Assembly: GCF_009914755.1 (NCBI RefSeq)
Contig: NC_060929.1
Strand: one strand, 5' to 3'
Source of the DNA: the human T2T-CHM13v2.0 reference genome, Homo sapiens
DNA length: 64,000 bases
The notes beneath the pieces were generated by a model. That model searched no databases. It was given only the letters and a program-made list of their open reading frames with translations, and was not told the DNA's origin. A program made the translations under genes and the position numbers. This document shows, piece after piece, positions 33,781-46,599 of the stretch. Every line of letters begins with the position of its first letter. Within the stretch, counting starts at the first letter, position 1.

Positions 33781-34659
33781 TCAAAAAACTAGATTTAGAC
33801 TGCGTTCTTGTAACTAAATGCCCGGGGCAGCCCTCCCTCAGGCAACTGCGTTTAGGGTTGGGACTCGAGTGGCAACTTTTGCAATACTTTTTACATTCTA
33901 GTCTGCTTCCCAACAGACCGAATAAAGCCAGTTTTGTTTCACTGCTCCCTTGGTAAGAAAAACAGACCACCCTTAGGAGCAGCCAGAGAGCTGCTGAGGC
34001 CGTTTCAACAATAAGCTCACTGACAATTCCAGAATCCATCGTTCTAGGATACTCCTTACCCTTTCTCATAAGTTCATAGGTAACTAACTTTGGCGACACC
34101 ACCTTTCCACTGAATTTTAAGCTCCTTGATGGCTGTAACTACATCTAGGTACACCTTGGTATTTCTCACAGCAGTTAGCATAGTTCACTAAATAACAAGG
34201 TGATTTATGATTATGACATGCTTTCCAATTAATGACTGCTTCACAGTAATTTTAATGACGTAATAAGAGTTAAAATTATATTTGAAAACAATGAGAGTTC
34301 AGGCTACAACACCGTTTCTGGGACCGGCAATGACTTAAGGACTGTTTTCTGTTGGTCCTGGGGCTTGCCCAAACTGGGAGTTTACAACATACTATTAGCA
34401 TTTCTCTTTTTCAGGTATAGATCAAAAACTTTACCAGCGAAGTGTGGCATAGCCATTGTAGAAATAAAGTAATTGTGGAAAAAATCACAGGATGTTGCAG
34501 ACGATCCGTTTTCCTCATTTTTTGTACAAATATAACCTCTCAAAGATCTGCCCAGGATCACAAACAAAAGTTAACCCTTCCATTCTTCAAGGATCAATTT
34601 TCAGAGTCACATCAATATTTTGAAAGAGGGAGAAAGAACTATAAAGCATGATCACCATG

Positions 34660-35100
34660 AACTTGAACTTTAGGGGCAAACAGACCTAGAATTTGTGTCT
34701 CTAATATTAGACCTCTTCTAGTTAAGTGACTTGAAGTTATTTAACATCTCTGAACTTCATTTTCCTTATGTTAAATGGGAATATAGTAAAGGACCTATTG
34801 CTTCAGAATTTTCTTAAGATTACGCGAGAAAATTCACATGAAGCACTTAGTATGTTGCCTTCATTTTCCTTATGTTAAATGGGAATATAGTAAAGGACCT
34901 ATTGTTTCAGAATTTTCTTAAGATTAAGTGAGAAAATTCACATGAAGCACTTAGTATGTCACATGAAGCACTTAGTAAGATTACGTGAGAAAACTCACGT
35001 GAAGCACTTAAGCACTTAGTATGAAGCACTTAGTATGAGAAAATTCACATGAAGCACTTAGTATGCTGCACAATCCGAGCACTCCTTATTATTTCCATTA
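34660..35100. repeat. MIR with internal 104-bp tandem duplication and staggered short repeats
   Basis: MIR core (gttatttaacatctctgaacttcattttcc); unit at 34755 recurs at 34859; tcacatgaagcacttagtatg repeated to ~35065. Confidence 0.88.
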
Positions 35101-35119
35101 TTTTGCCTCTAGGAAGTGA

Positions 35120-35434
35120 TTTTTTTTTTTTTTTTTTTTTTTTTGAGACGGAGTTTTTCTCTTGTTGCCCAGGCTGGAGAGCAATGGCGCGACCTCGGCT
35201 CACTGCAATGTCCCTTGAACTACTCGGGAGTTCAAGGGATTCTCCTGTCTCAGCCTCCTGAGTAGCTGGGATTACAGGCGCCCGCCACCACGCCCGGCTA
35301 ATTTTTGTATTTTTAGTAGAAATGGGGTTTCACCATATTGGCCAGGCTGGTCTTGAACTCCTGACCTCAAGTGATCCACTCAATTTGGCCTCCCAAAGTG
35401 CTGGGATTATAGGCGTGAGCCCCCGCTCCCGGCC
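35120..35434 (-). mobile_element. Alu (AluS-like)
   Basis: Antisense dimer; TSD ggaagtgatt. Confidence 0.93.
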
Positions 35435-35691
35435 TGGGAAGTGATTCCTCTAAAGTAGAAATTCAACTTTGAATAATTGAATAGATTTTTTTAATACAGT
35501 TTTTTTTCACTTATAACAATTCAGAAACACATTTAAGTATTTGTGAAGATGTGGAGCAAGAGGAACTCAAAGTGCTGGTTAAGTGCAAGTTGGGAAGTCA
35601 CTTTTGGCAAAAAAAAAAAAAAAAAAGTAATAAAGTTGAAACATAACACACCTTATGACAGCAAGTCCTTTCTTTGATATATGCCCTATAG

Positions 35692-36020
35692 CAGCAGTCC
35701 CCAACGTTTTATGGCACCAGGGACTGGTTTTGTGAAAGACAAATTCTCTATGGGGGTTAGGGGGAGGGTTTCAGTATGGAACTGTTCCAACTCACATCAT
35801 CAGGCATTATTAGATTCTCATAAGGAGCATGCAGCCTAGAGCCCTCACATGTGCAGTTCATGATAGTGTTCCTGTTCCTAGAGAATCTAATGCCCCTGCT
35901 GATCTGACAGGCGGAGCTCAGGCAGTTATGCTTGCTTACCTCCTGCTGTGCGGCTGCTTCCTAACAGGCCATGAACCAGTACCGGCCTGGGGACTGGGGA
36001 CTGGGGACTGGGGACCCCTG
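35692..36020. mobile_element. MER1B (hAT-Charlie) within old L1M sequence
   Basis: cagcagtccccaac...ggcaccagggactgg...tagattctcataaggagc...ggggacccctg. Confidence 0.85.
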
Positions 36021-38863
36021 CCCTATTAATAGAAAAGATGGACAAAAATGTTCCTTATTCATAGAAGCCAAAAACTGGAAATAACCCAAATATCCATCAA
36101 TACTAGAAGGGATAAATTGTAAAATATTCATCCACAATGGCACATAGCTCCATAGCACATAGTGATGATTCTCCAACATAATGTTGAGAGAGAAAAAGCA
36201 AAACAAAATACGGAGTATAATTACACAGACAGAGTTTAAACACAAGCAAAATTAGGTCTTTTAGGGATGCAAATACAGGGTAAAATAATAAAGAGAAAGC
36301 AAGGAAATGAAGTCAGGTTGGTAGTTACAAAAGTGAGAAGGTAGAGAATTATGATCAGGATAGGGCACATGGAGGAGGGGGCTTCTGGGATGCTGAAAAT
36401 GATCTACTTATTGGCCTTAGTGATGGTTATATGAGTATATATTTACTCTGTTTTCTGTATATATTTCACAAGAGAAAGTATGCAAAAATAATTAGGCTTT
36501 CTCATTAGGCAGCAACAGTAAAAATTACATTAATATACATGGTGACTATCCATAACTAAATTTAAGTATACATTTTCAAAATCTATCTTGTCCTTTACTA
36601 TCTTGTATTATATTGTTATATACAGAGAAAAGTGAGGAGAGACAGTAAAGTTCTAATAGCTATTTTCAGACAAAAGGCAACCTCCAGGACAGGATTCACC
36701 AGCATTAACTTGTATCTGAAAGAAACAATGCAAGTAATTTATTAAATTGTGGGAAAATAAGGACTTTTTAATTTGCTTAACTATTTATTTTTGTTATACT
36801 TACTACTACCTGACAGCACATTACATATGAGTAACATGTATATGTATTTAATTTTTTTTTGGTCTATCCCCTCCACCAAAAGGAAAATATGTAAACTCTA
36901 TGAAAACAGAAATAATGTATTATTGGCATATCCCTAGTATCCAAACCTATCCCTAGCACATCATAGGTGTTGAATAAATATTTGCTGAATGACCAAGTGC
37001 AATTAAGGACTAACTTATTATGAGGGCATTTTGCTATTAAGAGAGGTACTTGAATATCATGAAGCTGCTCAAGAGTGAAAAAAAAATTTTTTTTAAACAG
37101 AGGTACTTGATTGCTCTCCAGTGACAAAGATCATCTCTGGTTACATAGCTGTTGCATTACAAAACTGAATGCTCAATAAACAGACATAATCATATGTCCA
37201 TCTTTCCAGAATAACTGCAAACCAACAAAAATGGGGTAAAAAGCTCAGGTTTTAACAGTACCTGAAATGAAGTAAGGAACTGAGATTTGGAGTATGCTAG
37301 AGATTGAGTCACTACTATGGACAAATAAGAGCTTTTACTGACTCAAATCCAGAAGGTCAGTTGTTATCATTGAATCAGAATCTCTGGTGGTGGGAGTATA
37401 GGAGCTCATATTTTTCAAAAGCTACCCCAGGTGCTTCCAATATGCAACCAAGTTTGAGAACCACTTTAAACTATAATAACTGTGGTTCTAAACTAGTCTG
37501 ATCCATCTTTAACCCCAGCCATTGTACCACACTAAAGAAGGACATTGACTTGTGAGTGCTAGACCAAATATGCCCAAGAATGATATCACAAGATTCTTAC
37601 GGAAATACCTTCCCTGTACTTAACACATTTATCAAGAGTTTCGTCCTTCCCCTTGAGACAATGTAGGAAAGCAATACTGCCTTTATCATTAATTTGAATT
37701 TGTGCACTGAGGTAAATGTAAGGACTGTCGTTATTAAGACAGCCACTTGAAAAGGAAGGAAGCTCAAGCCTCTTTAACTTAATACTCTCCATAGAGTAAA
37801 TACAGGTGTATTTGTGGGATGTCTAAGAAGACTGCGTTAACCCAGACAGAGGTGTCTGCAATCTGATGAAGGGATCAGTCTAGATTCAGGTTCACCAGAA
37901 ACAAAGTTAGTGTTAAAAGAAAGATAAGAAGAACTAGTCACCTGACTATTGGAAGAGAGAGGGTAACTGAGCACATGCTTTAAGACCAAAAGGACACTAA
38001 AGTTCTCCCGATAAATAATGGGTGGGAACATATTCTGTTTTGGACTGCTTGTATTTTTGGGGGGGGGGCGGGGAGGGGAAGTCTCAACTAATCTTAAATT
38101 TAGAGCAAACAGGGCAAACCCAGTCTGCAGGATGGAACAAAAACAGGGAGCACTACACTCCCCTGTGCCCCCCCATTTCTATCTGCCTAAGCAGTTCCCA
38201 CTCACAGCTACAATTTTCCAGCCCCACCTTGCACCTTCAGTTTAGGTTTGGTCCTACTTGCCACCCTACCCCACCTTGCATATTGGCAAAGACAAATGAA
38301 GAAATCCCGGATATCTTTACAATACAGCTGTCACCACATAGTAGTTGAGAAAACATTCTGGTCTGAGAGACAAGATGAACACACAGGAAAGACTGTGACT
38401 TCAGATAATCACATTAAAGTCTCTGTATCTCCTTTTCTCACTAGCAAAAATCTTCTCATAAACGTTACCAATTTTAAACCTCTAAAATAGCTGACAGCTG
38501 TTTCCCAAATACTTGAGACTTCTCTGCTTTGAAACAGTTCACTTACTCTCTTTGGTTAAATGTAAGAGTGATAATATGTAGTATTATATGAAAACAGGTA
38601 CCTCAAAAAGCCCCTGGTCTAGTCCCGCCCCCAGGACTAACTCTGCCCAGATCAACCTAGCCTGAGCAAGACAGCTTACCAATAAGCCTACTCACTGATG
38701 AATCACTGCTATAGAGCAGGCACAAAGCTGATTTCCCTACAATACAGATGAAAACAATAGACTTGCTCAGTCACTTGCAAATCAGTGAACAAAGAGGATT
38801 AAAACCCAAACTAATCAGCCAATTTTTTGTAAAGTATAGTAATTTGTATTGAATACAATGTTC

Positions 38864-39162
38864 TTTTTTATTTGAGATAGAGTTTTGCTCTTGTTGCCCA
38901 GGCTGGAGTGCAGTGGCAGGATCTCAGCTCACCGCAACCTCTAGAGGCTGAGGCAGGAGAGAAGCAACTCTCCTGCCTCAGCCACTGGAGTAGCTGGGAT
39001 TACAGGTGCCTGCCACCACACCCGGCTAATTTTTGTATTTTTAGTAGAGAGGGGGTTTCACCAGGTTTGTCAGGCTGGTCTCGAACTCCTGACCTCAGGT
39101 GATCTGCCCACCTCAGCCTCCCAAAGTGCTGGGATTACAGGTGTGAGCCACCGCACCCAGCC
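38864..39162 (-). mobile_element. Alu (AluSq-like)
   Basis: Antisense dimer; TSD tgtattgaatacaat. Confidence 0.92.
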
Positions 39163-39693
39163 TGTATTGAATACAATTTTCTTAACATTATATAACTTCT
39201 AGGTTTTTAGATTGTTGGGTTCACTTTGCTTTCATAAAAGCATTTAAAGAAATTTTCAATTTGTTGCTCGCTGTAAGAAGATACTCTTATATTTTCTGTT
39301 ACTATGTTTTTATTCATAAGAACATACGCTAAAAATTCGCAAAACAATAGGTGGGGGGCCACAAGAGGAAGGCTGGACAGATTATCTGGTAAAAGTAGCA
39401 GCCAAAAATTATTTAGCACTTGGAGTATGCCAGTACTGAGCTAAATCCTTAACATTCATTATTTCACTTGATTCTCACAACCACCTCATGAAGTAGATTC
39501 TATTAAATTACCAATATGGAAATACCAATGAGGAAAGGTCACATCCTTAGAAGTGTCAAACTTCTAAGTTTGACAGAAGTTATATCAGTCCATAACTTCT
39601 GTCATCTGATGTCTGGACAGACATCAGTCCATGTTACGTATACCTTAATATATGAAAGAAAGACCAACACCATCCATCAAGTTGACATGTGTA

Positions 39694-39699
39694 TTTATT
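39694..39699 (-). terminator. FNIP1: FNIP1 distal polyadenylation signal AATAAA
   Basis: AATAAA followed ~20-35 nt later by GU/U-rich ggtgttggtctttctttc on the minus strand; second AATAAA at 39932-39937. Confidence 0.75.
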
Positions 39700-40550
39700 G
39701 CACAAATATCCCCTAGAACTGGGAGGTTATTATAATACAAGTGTACATTTGAGAAATGTATACAGAACAAGAAACAGCTATGTACATATCCAACATCTAA
39801 GTAACTTAGAAAAAGCAGAACAATCTCATAAGACATCTACCAGAAGTAGGCATTATGTAAAATCTGTTTTTTTAAGTGATCATCCCCAGAGTATGCCAAT
39901 TGGAACAAAACAAAATCTGTACTAGTATGTTTTTATTGCACTTAACATTTTCAAACTCAAAATTAAGACATATTAATAAAAGCCAGAAATATTTAAAATC
40001 AAACCAATTAGTTTATATACAAGAAAAAATTAGTTTTAATTCTATAATGTAAAAGATCCCTTTTTTATTTCCTGTTTCAATAAACAGGTTTTTTTTGATA
40101 TGTAACAACTGTCTGTACCATAACTTGTAAAAATTATTTAGAACAAGCCAAAACTCTTTTCACATTCATCATAATGACCACACTTTAAAGTAGCAGCAGC
40201 TCATTCCTTGGGCTTTGCGTAAGGAAAGAATGACTATGGTGAAGGTAATAGAAATTATAGAAGGATTAGGAATTACAAAACTCAGGAATGGGAAGCAGTG
40301 GGGAGGAACAAAACAGTAACTCAGGAATCCTATAAGGATTAATGATTCTTTAAGAAACTATAGGTCATTTCCTTCCCAGCAAAGCTTAGCTTTAGGAACA
40401 ACAATAGCATGAGCCACCCACTTATTGAGGACTAGAATTTCTAAACGGTAATTAAACATTTTAAATAAAGAACAGTTTGATGGTTAAGGAGACACCCAGA
40501 CATTATCCAAGTGCTATACAGAGCTACAATAAAAAAAAAAAAAAGTACAA

Positions 40551-40914
<364 letters not shown>

Positions 40915-42646
40915 TCATAGAATTCCAAAATCAGACAACTGGATAATTTTGTTAATGCACAGAATAAGAAAATTAAGCCAAAGAAAATATATCCACAAAC
41001 ACTCCTTGGCAGCAAGTCATCCATGGGAGACTCAGGTAATAACTGGGACTAGGTAAAAGGTCATGGGCCAAACAGATTGCAGACACACCAATTTCAGGTT
41101 TACATTCCATTAAAACAACAATTTTTTCTTTGTCTAGTTGGAAGTCTCTTGAATACATACACAGCAAGGCAAAATGTGACCCAATGCTGTAAATTCAAGG
41201 TCAAAGACAACTTTCCATTAACTATTGAAAATTTAAACAGCAAGAATGGATGTGTTATATAGTAAATATATTTAATAACTGAATAAACAAGTGGTTTTCT
41301 TTTTTTAATCAATGATGAAATTATGATGAAAATAGTCAATGAAAGCAGAAACCAACTTTACTACTAGCATTAAAAGTCTCTTAGACCAGATAAGCAAAGA
41401 ATAAACTATAATGTAGTACTCAAGTAAACTGAGGTAGTAGAAAGTATTGAAAACTTTATCCACCCACCTTTCTATTTACATTACTTACAAGAGTTTGGTT
41501 CCATATTAGCCTTTCTTACAAGCAACACTCTATAGTATGTACAAAGGCAACAATTGAGAAGTGAAAATCTTTGAAAAAAATACACTTTTGGAAGGGAGGG
41601 GCTCTTAGAAAAAAAGAGAATAATTTTAAGAGTTATGAATAGTGTAAATTGAGGATTATTAAGCAGTGAAACAAATATTCAGCTCCTATGGGTTCATGAG
41701 GGTTGATACCAAAAGCAAGGGCCTTGGCTACCTGAGCACTTTTAAAGAATATAGTATTGTTTTTGCCGATGCTTTGGTGCAATTTTTAATCCTAATTTTC
41801 ATTTATGTTAAATTAGTGAATATGTAAATATTAATATTTATAAGAACAGTTCATACTTATAAACAAATGGTATAAAGTAGTATTCTCATTTTGGGAATCT
41901 CAGCCTTAAAAAAAAGGTTGGCTTTACTTATATTTTAGAGTGTGTGAAACAGAAAAATCACCAATAAGTAATATTTCAGCATTATAGACAATACTAGTTG
42001 AAAATATATATATTTTTAAAGGCATGTTTACCAGTCTTGTATTTCTATTTCTGCTTTTTAAAAAAAAATAGGTACATATGTACACTTGGGTGGATAACAT
42101 AACACATTTACACTCATTATTCTGAGTTTCTTATAATTAACAGGCTGTTTAAAATACTTACTTTGAGAAATAACCAGACATTAGCTGTTTTGAATTGCAA
42201 AACTAACAAATAATCAAGGTTTTATAGATCTCTGTACCTTAGAAATTAAAAATTAAAAACTAATGAATAACTATTTCTGAGCCATTAAATCATGAAACAC
42301 TGTTGCTATTTATGAGCTGTGACAACACTGCAGTGATCACATGAAACTCTTGATAATATTCATTTTGTAGAAATTTCTACCGTACACTTTGGCTTTTTCA
42401 AATGCTTCAAAATTATTGTTGCTTTAATTTCATTTGTTTAAAAATCTACCACCACCCAAAAGTCCAGTCAAAAAGAAAAAGCCATCTGACATACACAGAA
42501 TATACAATGCTATGCAGAATACCCTGGTGACTGACTCATTCAGATGGAAGTCTAAAAGGGAAAAAGAATCTCCATAAATGCATGTTGTGTCTGCTTCCTT
42601 GGTTTCTACCTATTTTCCCACCAATTTCTAACAATTTTTAGGTATA

Positions 42647-42725
42647 TTAAAGGAGTATTTGTGCAACATATGGAGAGTGAGTGCTTGCTACAGCAGCCAG
42701 AAGTGGAAGATCACTGGATTCAATC
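42647..42725 (-). CDS. FNIP1: FNIP1 last coding exon, (G)[25 protein letters not shown]
   Basis: tttcag| acceptor, 79 nt ending in TAA, in frame with the upstream exon; recognised C-terminus of folliculin-interacting protein 1. Confidence 0.96.
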
Positions 42726-42999
42726 CTGAAATAAAGGGGAAAAAAATGTCAGTTTTGATTTTCTGTACTGAGGACATGAACTCTACAGGCAATGACCACC
42801 AACTGTAAGGTCACTATACCTCAACGGTTAAGGAGCTAGGCCACTCTGGCCGAAAGGAAAAATTCTCAGTAAATAAAACACAGAACTACAGATACGAGTA
42901 ACAACATCATAAACGTAGAAAAGTGTCTCAATGACATGCTGATGGAACATGAACTGGGGCATGGCACAATGACTAACAACTGCAATCTAGTGTAATAAT

Positions 43000-43292
43000 A
43001 GCTGGGTGAGGTGACTCGTGCCTGTAATCCCAACACTTTGGGAGGCCTAGTTGGGAGGATCGCTTAAGCCCAGGAGTTGAAGACCAACCTAAGCAAGATA
43101 ATGAGACCCTGTCTCCACAAAAAAATTTTAAAAACTAGCTGGGCATGGTGGTGTGTGCCCGTGGTACCAGCTACTCTGGAAGCTGAGGCAGAAAGATCTC
43201 TTGAGCCTGGGAGGTTGAGGCTGAAGTCAGCTATGTACCAACAGCAGGGCAACAGAGCAAGACCCTGTCTCAAAAAAAAAAAAAAAACAAAG
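43000..43292 (+). mobile_element. Alu (AluJ-like)
   Basis: Dimer with small 3' deletion. Confidence 0.88.
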
Positions 43293-45052
43293 AATAATAA
43301 TGTGTACCCAGATTGTTTTGGATTCAAATGTTTCTATAATAAGATGTATTGGAAGTAATGGGAGCTACTTCAAAATACATCCTACCACAAATTTATAGGA
43401 AAAGAAAAATGGCCAACCAACATAGAAAATATTAATCAGACTCCCTCATGGTTAGAGAAATGTGAATAAAATCAGATACCATTTTTTAGATAGTAGCCTA
43501 GCAAAGATCAAATCTGGTAATAGCCAGTACTGAGAAGAGTGCCTCTTACTGTTTGTGGGAATTCATTTTGAAACTTTCTGGAGAGTATTCAGTATAATCT
43601 GTCAAACTATCTATCAATACAGGCCCTTTAACCAAAAATTCTATTTCAAGGAATTTATCCTACAAATGTCAGAGACTTATATTCAGTCTGGCACTGGTTT
43701 ATAGTAGCAAAAAACTAAAAATAATCTAAATTCCAACATATAAGGGAATGCTAGACAGCCATTAGGAAGAATGAGATTATTCTGTGCTTATATGAACATT
43801 CAAGATATAGTAAAAGGCAAGTTGTACAAGGACACAAGAGTATAACTCAACTTAGATTTTTAAATAATATTCATTTAAAAATTCTACAAAACAATCTGTT
43901 AACAGTGTTTGAGTAGGGGTTGGAAGTTGGGGGAAGAAGACAATGACTTACTTTTCATTGTATGCCAAAATGCACTGTGAATTTTGGTTACATTTATGTT
44001 ACTTTTTAAAACTTGTCTTAAATATTTTTACATAAAGGCATTAAACACACAGCTCACTCCCCAGAAAAACAAGGTTATATCCTGTTACTGATTTTCCAAA
44101 TACTGGAGAACAATTCTCTCTGTATAACTCAAGTCAAAATCATCAAGTCTGGACCAACAGTGTGGTACTACAGAATATAAATAGGGTCTAAAGTAAAAAA
44201 GATATAGAGTCATTCAAATCCCTAATTAGTCCTACCAGTGTGTGACATCTGGCATGTTAACTTCAGAATCATCTGTTTCCAACCTGGATAACACTGCCTA
44301 CACACTGCAGGATGATAGTAAGAATGAAGAAATAACACTAGTAAAAAATTTTCATGTGGTTTGACATACAGTAGGTTCTCAGTGATATTGGTTTCTTTTC
44401 CCATCATAAAAGCCAAATTAGATAAAAGTTCTAGCTTGTTTTGCTTTCTTTAATGGCATTTCAGGAAATAATTCATATGAACCCACCTAAAGTGGCCAGA
44501 GAACACAAGAAAAGTGACCACAGAACATAATGAAATAGGGCTATATTATGCCCCCCCTACCAACTTCCCATTCCTCCTTCAGTAAGCATTTTTGATAACT
44601 GTTTTCTGCCAGAGAATAATGCAGAGTAGACAGATATAATATATAGTTAATGGGGGGGAAGGAGTAATATATGGATAACGTATTACCATCTACAGACTTC
44701 TGTTACCTCAACCAGCTCATGTGGAAGGCAGGGCAGATACTTGGAATAATGAGTTTGCAACATATTTAATAAATGAGTATGTACTTATGTTTCTGAGACA
44801 AAAATTCAGATTTTAATTCACTGTGATTATATTCTCAACCTACTGTATGTAATGGCACAAGGGATAATGCCTTTCAGATTAGTGGATGACAGGGAACCTG
44901 CTATTACATGGTACAGGGCAACCTAAATGATAACAGCCTCCAGCTTCTAATAGGAGAAGACACGTAAAAGGAAAAAGGGCAATTCTGAGGAAAATTCCTT
45001 GCCTGATGACAGGGCAATGAAAGCAAAGCCAAAAAAGGAACCATTAACATAC

Positions 45053-45168
45053 CCCAGAACCACTCCCAGCTCCTTGACATGAACACGCATCTGCCCCCTC
45101 AGGTATTCAGACAGCATTTTACTTTTGAAGTATAGCTCCTGCAACCGGTCTTCAAGATGCATTACACA
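45053..45168 (-). CDS. FNIP1: FNIP1 penultimate exon, [38 protein letters not shown](G)
   Basis: 116 nt, ctgcag|...GG|gtatgt, phase 0-2. Confidence 0.96.
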
Positions 45169-45434
45169 CTGCAGTTAGGGAGGAACCAAGAACCAGGTCA
45201 GAAAACAGTTTGCAACTCTCAGTCATGGCAAACTCCAAAACATAATGTTTTTGACAATTCTGTTTGTTTATTTCAATATGAACTAAAATTTGGAGCACAT
45301 TTTTAAAGTATGTAGTTTTAGCTAAAAAGAGAAGTGAAACTTTTTCTGGCTCATATCAAAGATTAGCTTCTACAGCGTCTTTTTTTTTTTTTTTAACTGT
45401 GCAAAAATACACATACAATTTGCCCTTTTAACCA

Positions 45435-45739
45435 TTTTTTGTTTGTTTTTTGTTTTTGAGATGGAGTCTTGCTCTGTTAACCAGGCTGGAGTGCAAAGCG
45501 CGACCACAGCTCACTGCAACTTCCGCCTCCCGGGTTCAAGCAATTCTCCTGCCTCAGTCTCCTGAGTAGCTGGGACTACAGCCATGCGCACCACACCCGG
45601 CTAATTTCTTTTCTATTTTTAATAGAGATGGAGTTTCACCACGTTGGCCAGGCTGGTCTCAAACTCCTGACCTCAGGTGATCCACCCACCTCAGCCTCCA
45701 AAGTTCTGGGATTACAAGTGTGAGCCACCATGTCCAGCC
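45435..45739 (-). mobile_element. Alu (AluS-like) in an L1M 3' fragment
   Basis: Antisense dimer; TSD ttttaaccattttt. Confidence 0.92.
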
Positions 45740-45900
45740 CTTTTTAACCATTTTTAAATATACTTCAGTGGCACTAAGTACATTCAGAATGTTGTGCAAC
45801 CGTCACTACTATCCATTTCCAAAACTTTTTTCACTATGTTTTTATTTCAAATTTGATAAATATAAAATTTTTATAAATTAATACTTTTCAAATGTATTTA

Positions 45901-46289
<389 letters not shown>

Positions 46290-46599
46290 CCTGAAACACA
46301 TACATTTTGTTTAATGTCAATTAACTTGCTCAATTTACTAAAATAGGTGATTTATCATGTGAATTGATGCTAAACATGTTTGAGGAAAAAACAGAAGTTT
46401 CAGGTGCTAAACATTAAATTCATACAGAGTGTTCCTTTCCAATGAAAATCAGTTATTAAAAGCTCCTAATAAAAATCTACTTTATTATTGTAAAACACAA
46501 CCAAATGGTTGTGGTTTTATAGTGTATGTTTTTTCACAATGCTTTAGGCTGATAATGCCATAAGAAAATTTTAACTGCAGAATATATGTAGATATAAAA

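Noticed and set aside
34830-35066. CRISPR-like array of repeated tcacatgaagcacttagtatg
   Set aside because: Eukaryotic context, no unique spacers or cas genes; spacing is irregular and all parts derive from one MIR segment.
38059-38078. G-quadruplex-capable G run
   Set aside because: Short simple G tract with no other support; common in the genome.
41404-41460. Novel let-7-like miRNA gene on the + strand
   Set aside because: No downstream star arm; the only candidate partner (aactataatgtagtactca, upstream) pairs weakly. Better explained as a target site on the minus-strand mRNA.
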